A DNA stretch of 64,000 nt from the human T2T-CHM13v2.0 reference genome, Homo sapiens. The notes beneath the pieces are model-generated. The model had not been told where the DNA came from. It did not search any database and worked only from the letters and a program-made list of their open reading frames with translations. The stretch lies in assembly GCF_009914755.1 (NCBI RefSeq), contig NC_060943.1; one strand, 5' to 3'. Positions 13,837 through 30,892 of this stretch are shown here, piece after piece. Each line of letters begins with the position of its first letter. The first letter of the stretch is position 1. The translations under genes and the position numbers were made by a program.

Positions 13837-16800
13837 AATAGTTTTCATTTCTTAAGCACCTACTGTGTGCCAAGCATCGTGCTAAGGGCTTTATTGGATA
13901 ACTGTAACAGCACCTGGCACCGTGTGCCAGGCATTGCACTCAATACCTTATATAAAAATAGTAATAGTTCTTATTGAGCACCTACTATTTGCACACACTG
14001 TGCCAAGGGCTTTGCAGATAATAAGTGAATGTTTTCAGTAAAAACTGTGTAACCAGCCCTATCCCACACCCTTTCAAACTGATAATGGTGCCCATCTGAG
14101 CATCTACTACGTGCCTCACACTTAGGCCACCTCTTTATAGCAAGTGCCACTTATTGAGCACTTACTGTATGTCAGCCATTGTGCCAAGAGGTTTGCAGAA
14201 CAATAATTGTTGCCACCCATGTTTTGAGTACCTACTGTGCGCCTGGCACTAGGCTAAGCTTGTTATAAACTGCTAATAGCTTCCATTTACTGAGTGCCAA
14301 CTAGGTGCCCAGCACTGTGCCAATCCATATGTAGATTTAAAACAGTGGCTGTATTAATGGGGCACCTACTGTGTGCCAGGCAGTATGTTAAGGTCTTTGC
14401 TGAATAACACTGAGAGTTCCCGCATATTAAAGGGAACTGTCTGTGTGTTAAAGGCTTATGAATCAGTAAGTCTCTATGTGTTGCGTGCCTACTATGGCCA
14501 GACGCTGTGCTGAGGGCATTAGTGATAATAAACTTCATTTTCTGCACGCCTACTGCAGGTGCAGCACCCTCAGCCCATGTTTCATGTATTATCTCATTTA
14601 ACGCATGTATCATCTCATTTAATGCATGCATTATCTCATTTAATTCTCACAACCCCTCAGGTGGTCAGAACTGTCACTCCCCACCCGCCACCCCGCGTCA
14701 ACGGTGGGGAAACCAGATTCCAAAGTCTGCCTGCTGGGCTTTCTACAGTCACTGGTTGTGTACCGACTGTGGCCAGACCCCACCCTGGAAGCTTTTCATT
14801 ATTTTGTATAACACCTCTCAATCTTGCCGAAAAACCAGAAGTGCAGCCCATTTTACAGGTGAGCCCATTTTACAGGTGAGGAAACTGAGGCTCAGAAACA
14901 GCAAGCTACCTGTCCAGGGGCATGCAGTGATGAGGTGGCAGAGCCAGGATTGGAACCCAGACTTGGCCGTGATTCACAGGCTGGCTTGGTTTGAGGTTGG
15001 CAGCTCAGATCTCAGCCTTGTGCTGGTTGGGTATGGCGGAAGCCACTCTCCCAAGTGCCCACGATTTTAGAATCTACGTCCCCTGGAGGGAGGCCCAGAG
15101 AGATTACTGGCCTTGCTCGTGGCAAGAGCATTAGAAACCCTCACCATCAGAGCAGCTTGCTTGGTGGCTGAGCACATGTTTACTGAGTACTTACTATGGA
15201 CACTATCCTGCTAGCATCTGAAACCCAGAGACGAATCCTGTCCTCAGAGACACTGGGCTACCAGAGACTGCAGAGGCCACCCCAACAGCTTACTTCAACT
15301 AGAGAGACCCTCCGGCCTCACTTAAAGCAAAACATTAGAGGCCCCTCCTCCAAAACTAGACAAAGGGAACCCTTCCCCATTTCTTGACCAGCCACACCAA
15401 CCAAAGGTGCCCGGGGGGTGCGGGGAATCAGGCAGGGAGCAGGGGAAAAAAAAAAAAAAAAAACAACAATCAAGGAATGTGTCGGAAGGAATGGATTTGC
15501 TGAGAAAGGGGGAGAAAAAATAAAACCGAAACCATAATAAAATAAGAAACAACAGTGATGGTGATGATGATGAGAAAAACTTAATAAAAGAAAGAAAGAC
15601 TCCTTCCAGAAAACGCCCAGTCTGGTTACCTACCTTCCACTCTTCAACTGCTAACTTAAAAGACTTTCTTACGAGAGAGGGAACGGCCGAGCGCTGAGCT
15701 ACAAGGCCAGACCGAACTCTTGGTGGGTCTCAGGATGCCAGTGGCCCCGCAGCCCTGCTCCAGCCCCCAGCGTGCGCACGCTGAGGTTCCAGGCTGGAGG
15801 CAGGAAGGTGGCACGGTGTCTGGGGAGACCCACGGCTGAGTGGTCTGACCTGCACCTACCCTGTGTTCAGCCTAAGGAGCCCGCAGTCCCCGGGGGGATG
15901 GATACGCCTGGCCCTGAGTCTTTGCTGTCGGTTCTCCTGGGCCCCACCCGTCTCGGGGCAAGAAGCGGGGAGTCCCTTCTCCCCAACTCCCTGTCCTGGG
16001 CCGCCCCGGAGGTTCGCGTGGCTGGGCCGAAGCCGCTTTCTAGGTGACCGTGTAGGTCACGTCCTTCACAATCCGGCCCAACCTGCATGACATCTCGGGA
16101 AGGGATGTGTGCAAAGACGTGGATGTGCGTGCGTGGGCAGCGTGGCATGGTGGTGGCACGTGGTTTGGGAGAGTTTCTGGGGCCGAATTCGGGCCGTGGA
16201 CTGTCCGTTCAGCCCAGAGTGGCTGGGGCAGGCGGGGGGGCACGCGGGGTGGGCCGTTTTTGTGAACCTGCTTGAGACCAGCGTGTACTCACCTTCAGGA
16301 CACCTCAGCCAGTCTCTCAGGTGGCTGCCCAAGCCACAGGCCACCCTCACTGACTCCACCTCACACAGACGCGCCCAGACGCCTTGGAGCCGCCAGGTGC
16401 TCAGCTCGGCTTGGTTTGTGGGGAGCAGGAAGGAGGGAAGGGGGCCGGCGGGGGCAGGGGGGTTGTGTCTCCGAGGCGCCCCACCCCCCCGATCCCAGCG
16501 GCTCAGATGCCCCGGCTGGAGTTGATGTTAACCCTTCGACTGATCCGAGATGCCCCTGTGTACACACACCCAGGGCGGGCCTTGAAGGTTTGACCATCAT
16601 GACTGATTCTGGAAGAAAGCCTGGGGTGGCTACGCCGTGACTGACTGGGTGAAGGGAGGGAAGAGGGGGAAGCAGGGGGAGGCCACGACAGAGAGACCAC
16701 GCCGGTGGAGGCCACACCAGGGAAGGCCACGCTGGGCTGAGCGGAGCCAGGGAGGCAGGTGAGGTGGGGAGACGGCAGAAGGGGCCTGTCCAGCTCCGAG

Positions 16801-17516
16801 TTTAGAGAAGTCAGGGAGAGAGGGTGGCGGTGACCCACAGCCAACTGCCAGGTGAAGGGTGACTCGCTCCAAACAGGGAGGCCGGGCCGGCACAGCAGAG
16901 AACTCCAGAGATTTGAGCCCCGAGTGGGGACCTGCATGCCCCCACGAAACCTGGCCTCGGCTCCGATTCCACCCCCTCCCCACCCTCGGGAACTGGGACC
17001 TCGTCCTGGGGTCTTGAGAGCCAAGGCTCCCTGCCCGGGGGAGGAAGACCGACGGGGAAGGTGGGTTCGTCTCTGTGTCCTTTGCTCTGAGAATGATGGG
17101 GTGCGAGCCGTGACCACAGCCTCACGGTACCCTCAAAATGCCTGGGAAATGGGCACAACGTGGCCCTTCAATCAGCCCCCACTCCAGGATGGAAAGAGGA
17201 GAAAGAAGGCGTGGTCCCAGAACCTCTCCTACACCAGGGCCAAGATCAGCCACTTCTCCTTGACCCCAAGTCTCAACCCGGGTCACCAGGCCCAGGGGCA
17301 CAGACAACCCCATGCTGAGACCCTCGCTGTGCTGATGGGGATACTGAGGCACAGCGCGGGTAGATGGATCCGAGGTCGGGGAACAAAGCGGAGACAGGCC
17401 GGGAGGCGCCCCCCACCCACTGCAGCAGGCCCCGCCTGGGTCCGTCTGCCGAGGGGCTGTCTGCGGTCAGGCCGTGGTCCCTCCCGCAGAGAAGGGCGGC
17501 CCCGCGAGACACCTAC

Positions 17517-17661
17517 TGGACTGCAGCGTGCGCTGCCGCACCACGGGGGTGAAGGCGCCCAGGCCCTGCGGCGAGCGGGCCGCCAGGCGGAAGGCGTACT
17601 CCGTGTTGGGCTTCAGGTCCTCCACCACGTAGGAAGTCGTCGGGTCGAAGGTCCTTCCCAC
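17517..17661 (-). CDS. PTPRS: PTPRS exon, FN3 C-half ([13 protein letters not shown]...RTLQS), 145 nt
   Basis: cccag|GTGGGAAG...CAGTCCA|gtaggt. Confidence 0.96.
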
Positions 17662-17674
17662 CTGGGGGCAGGGC

Positions 17675-18730
17675 AGAGAAGGACAGAGAGGGATGGGGGA
17701 GAGAGAGAGAGAGACAGAAACAAAGGGGAGAGAGAGAGAGACAGAAACAGAGGGGGGAGGGGGAGAGAGAGAGAGAGAGAGAGAGACAGAGAAATAGAGA
17801 CAGGGGTGCGGCAGAGAGGGACAGAGAGGGATGAGGGAGAGAGGTAGAGGGGAGAGAGAGGTAGAGACAGAGATACAGACAGAAAAAGAGGGTACGGAGA
17901 GAGACAGAGACGGAGAGAGACAGAGACAGAGAGAAACAGGGGAGAGAGTCAGAGACAGAGGGACACAGAGACAGAGATAGAGACAGAGGGACACAGTGAC
18001 AGAGATAGAGACAGAGAAACAAAGGAGAGAGACAGACACAGAGACAGAGATAAATGGGAGAGACAGAGACAGAGAGAGATACAGAGACAGACAGAAACAG
18101 GAGAGAGATACAGAGACAGAGGAATAGAGAAATTGAGAAGGAGACAGATACAGAGATAGACACACAGAGACAGAGAAATAGAGACAGAGACAGAAACACA
18201 GAGAAACAGGGGAGAGAGACAGACAGAAACGGAGGAGAGAGAGATTGAGACAGGGACAGAGAAAGAGAGGAGAGAGAGACAGAAATAGAGATAGAGACAG
18301 AAATAGAGAGAGAGGAGAAAGAAACAGATACAGAGACAGAGACAGAGAGACAGAAAGAGAGGCAGAGGGATAGAAACACAGAGACAGATGGAGACAGAAA
18401 AAAAACACACAGAAAACAGAGACAGAAAGAGAAACAGAGACAGAGACATAAACAGACAGAAACAGACCCGGAGGGATGGAGAGTGAGCGTCAGAGGCACC
18501 GGTGAAGACAAGACACAGAGAGAAGCACAGATCAAGAGAGATGGGGACGCCGATACATACGGAACCAGAGAGAGGCCGCCAGCAGCAGAGGAGAAAGACA
18601 AAGGAGATGAGACAGAGGAGAAAAAAGTGGAGGAAAGGCACAAAGGGACAGAGACGCAGGAGAAGCAGAAGGGGTGAGGAAGAGCAGAATCCGCAGCACA
18701 CATAGGGACAAAGAGGGGGAAGAGACAAGG
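17675..18730. repeat. GA/GACA-rich low-complexity tract filling the intron between the two FN3 exons
   Basis: Almost continuous gagacagaga-type units over ~1 kb. Confidence 0.92.
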
Positions 18731-18796
18731 CGGGCAGCGTCAGAGAGCGCCGGGGAGGAGCCCAGGGCAGGCCAGCCCGTCCCCGCGCTGCCTCAC

Positions 18797-18930
18797 CTCC
18801 CGGCCATGGTCGCCTTCCCGGAAGAGGAGCTCGTACTTGATGATACTCTCCTGCCGCGGGGGGCTCCAGGACAGCGTGATGCTGGTCTCCGACCTGGCCT
18901 CGGCCCGCAGGTTCATGGGCTGGCCCGGCA
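18797..18930 (-). CDS. PTPRS: PTPRS exon, FN3 N-half (VPGQPMNLRAEA...GDHGRE), 134 nt
   Basis: cacag|TGCCGGGC...CGGGAG|gtgagg. Confidence 0.96.
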
Positions 18931-19155
18931 CTGTGGGGGTGCAGGGAGACAACTAGGAGTCGGGGAGCGTCCACCCCACAAAGGGGGCCCCACCTGCTGA
19001 GTGTCCCCACTAAAAGATGCCAGCTCTGGGTGCTTCTAGAATGTTCTTTTATTTTCCTGGGGACCTCGCCCCCATCCCATTGTCACCTGTCCACCTCTGT
19101 TCCTCCATCCTCTCTTCTTCCAAAGGAAAAGAACCCATTTAAAAATCCCCCTTTC

Positions 19156-22376
<3,221 letters not shown>

Positions 22377-22498
22377 TAGCATGAAAATATCTTAAAGCAC
22401 CGTGCATAACCCACAAACCGCTCTGCGGCTTCCAGGGAGCATGCAAAGAACCAAGCCGCACGGCCGGGGCCCCGAGTCCTGCCGACCCCACGCCTCAC

Positions 22499-23080
22499 CT
22501 CCCTGCTGCGTCTTGACCTGGATGGGGTCCGAGAGGGGCCCGTCGCCGACGGAGGTGAAGGCGAGCACCCGCACGGTGTAGGTCTCGTCCTCCAGCAGGC
22601 TGCCCACGGTGGTCAGCAGGCTGTCGTCCACGTTGTGCTTCTGCCAGTTGCCCACGGGGTGCTCCGGTTCCATGGTGTAGTAGACGCGGTAGCCGCGGAT
22701 CAGGCCGTTGGGCTCCACCGGCTCCTCCCACTGCACAATCATGGTGGTCGCGCTGAGCATCCGGGCTTGCACGTTCCGCGGCGCGCTGGCCGGGGCCTGC
22801 TCGCCTGTGCGGGTGACCACGGACTCGCTGGGGGGCCCCTGGCCGATGGAGTTGACGGCCGACACCCAGATCTCGTACTCCGAGTTGGGGCTCAGGCCGC
22901 CGATGCTGTAACGTGTGGTGGTGATGTCCTCTTTAATCTGATACGGCCCGTCTTGGCTCTTGGATTTATATTCGATGACGTAATAGGACACAGGATCTGG
23001 GTTGCCCGAGTCCCACGTGATGGTGATGCTGGTGGCTGTGTTCTCAGTCACCATGGGAGTCCCGGGAGCTTTGGGGAGAG
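22499..23080 (-). CDS. PTPRS: PTPRS exon, FN1-FN2 (SLPKAPGTP...VKTQQG), 582 nt
   Basis: cacag|CTCTCCCC...CAGGGAG|gtgagg; overlaps ORF 22392..23054; FN3 Trp/Tyr pattern. Confidence 0.97.
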
Positions 23081-23274
23081 CTGTGGGCAGGAGGCAGCTG
23101 TGTCACGCATTGGGCACATTGGTTGAGGACCCTGAAGGCTGTGTGACTTTTCACCATTCAGTCGCCTTCTCTGAGCCTTGATTTGCCCAGCAGTAATCAT
23201 GGGCCTCATGACTCCTGTCATCGTCTACAGCAAGGGGTAACAAACTATGGCCCAGGGTCCACCCAGTACCCATT

Positions 23275-24212
<938 letters not shown>

Positions 24213-24373
24213 TAATACCTGTTCAAAGAACAACCGTCCCCTTCCTAGCCATGAATGACTGAAGCCAAGAGGGTAACTCGGAGGTGCTCCCACGCTGCCT
24301 CCCACCTGTGCCTGAAGTCGGGGATCGACTCCAGCCTGCCCCTCCACCTACGAGCCCCATGGGCCCTGCTCAC

Positions 24374-24643
24374 ATTTCACCGTGATCTGAGCAACCGCCT
24401 CAATGACGCCCAGGCTGGACATGGCCACGCAGGTGTAGTTGGCCGAGTCCTTGACATCTGTGAGTTCCAGCACGTTCCGACCCACGGGCATGTCATCCTC
24501 GGGGGTCAGGTCCTCGGCCCCCTGCATCCACTTCACGTATGGCATGGGCGAGCCCACGGCCACGCAGGTGATGTTCACGTTGCCCCCTGGCATGATCTCG
24601 TGGCTCATGGGCAGGATGGAGAAGCGCGGGGCCACGCGGCGGA
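24374..24643 (-). CDS. PTPRS: PTPRS exon, Ig3 ([12 protein letters not shown]...AQITVK), 270 nt
   Basis: cccag|TCCGCCGC...GTGAAAT|gtgagc; lies within ORF 24348..24800. Confidence 0.97.
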
Positions 24644-25480
24644 CTGGGGAGGGGGCGGCAGTGGCGGCGGGAGGGAGATGCGAGGGGTGAGGTGGGGTGA
24701 GGTTGGGAGGGGAAGACAGGATGCGGAGGAGAAAAAGAAAAGCAGGAAGGAAGAAAGAAAGAAGGAAAGAAAGAAAAAAAGAAAAAAAAAGGAAAACCAT
24801 TTAAATATAAACAGGGCTGGTTCTTTTCCCTCTGTTGATTTTTTTCCCCCAAATGAAAAGAAAACAAAAGAACCAAATTAAAAAACCAAATTCCAACACA
24901 AAGAAACCAAAACTTCAAAGGAAGGTACTTCACAAACAATATATAGAGAGATATATCAATATATAATAGACATGAAGCATTATCTCATAGCAACAGGGTT
25001 TCATAGACCAGGGTGGCTGGTCACAGCACAGATACGAACACAAAAATTTATCAGCGGTTTCTCATCTTTGCAGACAGCAGTGGCTTCAGGGAGCAGGTGG
25101 CCTCCGATCACTCCCGAATGGGGGCATCCCCTTCGGGGAGCGCTGGAAGATTCTGGCTGCCAAGTTTCGGGATGTGAGTGGGTTAGGAGAGGGGGCAACT
25201 TCCAACCCTCCCTGGTTCTCTGGGGATGTGGCGGTCATAGGACACTTGTTGAGGCCAGGAGACAGAGGGAGCCTGAGATGTCAGTCCCCCACTCCCCAGT
25301 GACCTGGGGCCCTGCCCACTTACCCGCCCCCTCCGACCGGGCCCTCCAGGAAAAGATGAGAAACTCTAATGAAATTTTTGTGGTTTTTGGGTATAGAAAC
25401 CCTTCTAAAAGCTTCTGTCAGATCTGACAAGTTTCCATCAATAGATGCAGCTCTGAGTCACAAACATCATGCAAAATAGA

Positions 25481-25511
<31 letters not shown>

Positions 25512-25789
25512 CGAGCGAGAGACAGAGAGAGAAAGGAGGGAGGAACTGCAGGGGGAAGATCTGGATTTTGGGGATCTCTAGTGCACACTTACGTGACACC
25601 AGAGAGAGGAGACGAATGAATGGGGAGAAAGAGAGAAGAATAGAAAATAGGGACAGAGAGCGGGAGGGGCAGAGAAAGAAAGAAAGAAGGGGGGGCCCAC
25701 TTCAATGCTGCATATTAATTCTAGCAGATGTGATCCAATGTGACATGCCACATTGTCACATCACAGCCCTGGCAGAATAATAAATAGTA

Positions 25790-25830
25790 TATTAATAATA
25801 ATAATAATAATAATAATTAATAATAATAAA
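25790..25830. repeat. (AAT)n microsatellite
   Basis: attaataataataataataataataattaataataataaa. Confidence 0.85.
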
Positions 25831-27601
25831 CAAGGGAATGAACTTGAACGTTGAGAGAACAGGGACATGTTCTGTGCGTTTCTTAGCGGGGAAGTGGATG
25901 CAACCTTCTCTCAAAGACCATGAAGGCAGCAGGATGCATTTCGGGGGCTCCGTTTTCGGAAGTCAGATGGGTTCCAGGACAGGGGGAAGGGGAGGAGGCC
26001 AGTGGGCACCTGAACTTGCAAAGAGCACTGCTGGCCCACGGGGGCTGTTTAACTGCTGTGGGAAGGACTCGGGTGAACCTAATAAATCCTTCTAGCAGGA
26101 AAAGGGGTTGTCCCTGGGTGACAGTCTCAGGTCCTAAAGAAGACACATGGGTGCGTCCCCAGCTTTGGATGGGTGAAGGAGTCTTGTTTCAACTGCACAG
26201 ATGACGGACTGGAGGCTCAGTTAGGATCCCCATCAACACCTGCCTCTGATTTTCATACGGGATTGGGAGGTGCAGCCTCAGGGGGTGGTCTCAGGGGGTC
26301 TGGTCTACGATGCTGAGGAGGAGGTTCAAGGGGATAAAGGGAGGTGGCCCCAACTCCCTCCCTTCCAGCCTCGGTTCCTAGCTGGAAATCCCAACCCCTG
26401 CCTTCCTGAATCCGGGCGGGAGGCAAAGAGAAGGGGGGACGTCGGCAGGCGTGGGAGTGGGGTCCGGAAGCTGGCAGCCCTTCGGAAAAAGAAGCCCCAC
26501 GAAAAGTCCAGAAGTCGCACTGGAGACAGGATGGAGGGAGTGGAGGGTACTGCTCCAGGGGAGGAGTCGGGGCATGGGGAGACAGAAGGGCCATGCACAC
26601 AGAGTGGAGGTGAGGGGCGAGGTGCCGTGAGATGGGGGGGGCGGGTGGCTTTCTGGTAGGGCTGGGTGGAGGGTGGGGGTGTGGGGGGAGAATGGGGTCC
26701 GGCCAGCCAGCGGACGCGGTCCAGGCCAGCCGCCGGCACCCACAGCGAGGCACAGGTAAGATGCCAAGGCTGAGTTGTCATGGAAACAGAACACAATGGG
26801 GAAATGAGCGTGGGGGGAGCTAATTATTCAAGGACAGAAAAACGGTATCGACGTCCAAAACAAAACCAGGAAGAACAAATGAAATAACAAAGCAAAAGCA
26901 ATTTAAAAAAAGAAAGAGAGAATCTAAAAAACAAACAAACGAAAAAACTCCCTCCAAAACAAAACACAACACCCAAAAGCAAGAAGAAAAAAAAAAAAAT
27001 CATGGAATGGGTGTGGGGCTGAAAATCGGGGTCTGAAAGGAGGAGGACTGTGGCTTCCCCAGGGAGACGCCCTCCCCCTGGCAGAACACAGGATCCGGCC
27101 TCCCCATCCAGCACCCAAGAGTCTTGGCCACGGGTTTGGGGCGGCCACAGGGGTGGGAGCCTCGTGGACAAAAATCCTTCGGAACAAACCAACCCAGCCC
27201 GACTCAAGTCTCTCTCTCTAAAGCCCCTCTCAGTCCACTTCTCGACACCCTGCCTCTCTTAGGGCTGAGCAAGTTGGAGGTCCCAAAGCTGAAATCACAA
27301 AGCAAGGTGAACTCCTCAAGGTCTCTGAATCCCATAGTAAACCTCTCCAGGCAGACGTGGAGGAGCTGATGTGGCTGAATGAGCCCAGTGGCCTTGGGAA
27401 GGTCCCCCATCCTCCTGGAGCCTCAGTTTCCTCATCTGTAAAATGGAGGGAATTGGGTATCCTGCCGAGAAAGGCATTAACCTGACTCGGGCAGTGCCTG
27501 GCACAGCAGGTGCTAAACTCAGGCATGGAGCTGGTGAAGTTACCTTTCAGCCTCCCAGGGGCTGGGACGATCAAACAGCTTCTCTACCTTAAGGGAGTTC
27601 A

Positions 27602-27996
<395 letters not shown>

Positions 27997-30892
27997 CTAA
28001 CAATTTTGAGAGGCAAACGTCCTTATGCTCATTTTGCAGATGAGGGAACAGAGACTCAGAGAGGTGACAAGACTAGATGGAACTCACAGAAAGGAAGTAG
28101 TGTAGCCAGAGCTCAAAGCCAGGCCAGCCTGGTTGCTGCCTCTCAGAGAAAACAAGGCTTTTCTCACCATAGTGAGTAACGAGGATTACGGCCAAGTATC
28201 AATCCTTGGCATCTAGCTCTTTCAAACTTGTGTGTCCTGACCCACTGGGGACACCAAAGAGGAAAAAAGTACCCATCACCTATACCAAACTCCATGTAAT
28301 GGCCAGTTGCCACTGGTTGAATAATATCCAGTAGCCATCATAATAAATGTCCAGAAGCCATCAGTAAAAGGCTTATACTCAAAGGAATTGTTGGAACGTC
28401 AAAGGGAGTAAGATCTAGCTTTAGGATCTAAAGGTTAAGTGCCAGGCCAATTTATCTATTCTGTAAGGGTCAACATCTTATCCAAAAGACCCTGTTCCTG
28501 TTTGATCTTATCTTAAAATATCTCTCCATAGGGATGTCATAATTTGCAAGGTACCTTTAACTTTTTTTAGAAGTAGAGACAAGGGGATACCTGTTGAATA
28601 TGTAAAAGACTTGCAGTACAGGGTTAACTATAAATCAGTTTAATGTGGGAGGGCATTTATCAACAGCAGTAATTTTAGGGTTCACAATCCCCAACATGGC
28701 CGGCAACCATCAGTTAAATGGACCTGCCAATAAATTATAATGGCTCCTCTGACACCTAAGAAACTTGCCCACTTGCTTTCTCACCCGCCTCATTTGTTTC
28801 AAAGGGTGTGCTCTAGGAAGAGGGCTGGTTTGCCACGAGTTTAAGGGAGGATCATGCCCATTGGCACTAGGTGGTTCAGATCTCCCCCTCCCTGGCGGCC
28901 TTGTAAGGCCTCTGGGCATCCTCCCAGCTGGCAAGGGCGGGTGACTGACGCTGTGTTCTGCCCGGTTTGGTGCTGGCACCCACCCATGTCATCTTTCCAC
29001 CCCCGGCTGCAAGCTTGAGGTGCAGGTTAGAAAGTAAGGTGGGCACGGTGCCCACGGGACGGAGAGGCCCCGCGGGACCCCCGCCCCCAATTACCGACCT
29101 GAATGGAGGGTCCAGGCAGGTTATAAGGGGACCACACCAGCCTTGGTCCTCAGCACGCTCCAGCTGGCTCTGGTTTCCAGCTCTTCTCGTCACCGAGTAG
29201 CCGGGGGGTCCCAGCGGGGGGGACCCGCTTGGGCGAGGGGGTCGGGAGGGTGGGCGGTGGGGTGGGGGGGTGGCAGGTTGTGGGGGGTGGTCGCTTCAAA
29301 CCCCGATTCACATGGAAAAACAACTCAAAAACCGTCAAAGCAACCAGGAGACGACCCCTCCCCCAGGCAGGAAGAGGCAGAAACACAAAAACCAAAAAAG
29401 GGGGTTGGGAGTGGGGGCGAGGGTAAAGGGGAGGAAGGAAACTCAAAAGTGAGGTGATCTGGTTGAAGCACTAGGTAGGGAACCCCGACAGTGTCAGACA
29501 TCTCAACGATTCAGCAAGCCGCAGCTCCAAGGGGTGCGGGGGCGGCGGGGGGGGGGGGGGCTCTGCTGGGCATTTTGGGGTGGGAGAAGATTCTAGATAC
29601 TTCTCCAAACTCCAAAATGAATATGCGGATGGAGAGGGCAGGGGAGAGATGCCAAGAAATTGTGCAGCCTCCGGGGGGTTTATTTAAGCTTAGATTACAC
29701 CTGTCGGGGGGGAAGGGAGGGGTTGGAAACATTCCTAATTCCATAGCCCACTTCTTGTCCTCTCCTTTGAACTCCAGCCTGTAGCCCAAGGAGGGTGGGC
29801 ACCGCCCCTCAGCCCACCTGCGTATTTTCTGCTACCCTTCTCCATCATTTTGCTGTGCCTCCTTCCCTCCCTCCCGCCTCTCCCCCCCACCGCCAGCTCC
29901 CTCCGCCACTGAGGTAGCGTGCAAGGCCCGGAGGGACCTGGCTGGCTCCCTGGCCCACGGGCTGACCAGCGGCCTTGGCAAGTCATTGGTATTTTGAGCT
30001 GGACCTTTGGATGCGCTCTAGATACTTTTTTTTTTTTTTTTTGGTACCCGCTCTCTCTTTCTCTCATTTCTTTTTGTTTTTCCCCCAGTTCTGGCCAATC
30101 CATGGACTTCCCTCACCACCCCCCCAACCTCGCTGTGGCCGCCGGAGACACGGGGCTTTCCAAATGACAAGGTGTAATCTAATATTCCCCTCACAAACCC
30201 CCTCCCCCAACAGAGGAAACAGCGAATGCAGAGGGTGTGAGGCAGGCAGCAGGCGAGAGGTGTTCAGAGCTCAGTGTTCCTGCAGAGTGACCCCCTCCTC
30301 GCCGCCCACCCTGGCCAAATGGAGGGACGCCTGCCTTCCCGCCCCTGGAGTCCCCTCTCCCCGATGTGATGAGGGTGGGATGAGAAGGTCTGGGTCTGAT
30401 CTAACACTGCCTGCCCCTAGGGTTAAGCCAGCGGCCTTAGGTAGGGAGGCGTGGCCAGGTATAGTAAGCACAAACTAGGGAGCTGGCCAACACACCTCAA
30501 CGCGAGGCTTTCTGGGAATACAGGAGGTGAGGGGTGTTCCAGCCCACCATCTATGTCTGTCCCTGTTTTGGGGGGCCAAGAGGTAAGGGGAACACCTGGG
30601 GGTCACATCCATCAATTTTAGGGCTTGGGTATTGGAAATTTAATTTAAAAAACAATTTTTCCCCATAAATTTGCATAGATGGATTGATCTGAAAAGGCCT
30701 GGGGACAGGTCACAAATACTGAAAAAGAAGACCTGGGAATCGGGCAATCTAGGCCTTGCTGGTGTCACGCAGCAGGTACTGGTTTCTTAGCTTAGCACTC
30801 GAGACTCTGCGTTAAATTATGCCAGTCCCATCGGCCTCTTCCAAAACCTTGAAGATATCCTCAGACCCTTCAAGGTAGAACATTGCTCAACC

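Noticed and set aside
15867-16243. CpG-rich ORFs ending RIVKDVTYTVT or DVMQVGPD... as a hidden exon
   Set aside because: Weak GAG acceptor, no recognisable domain and no clear donor; cannot be supported from sequence alone.
17467-19010. Long ORFs of 313-396 aa rich in S/L/C/V/F
   Set aside because: Stop-free by composition of the GA/CT tract; only the embedded PTPRS exon segments are real.
25739-25762. Small hairpin atgtgaca...tgtcacat (similar ones near 16044 and 39160)
   Set aside because: Stems of 6-8 bp are too short for a miRNA or snoRNA call and are expected by chance.
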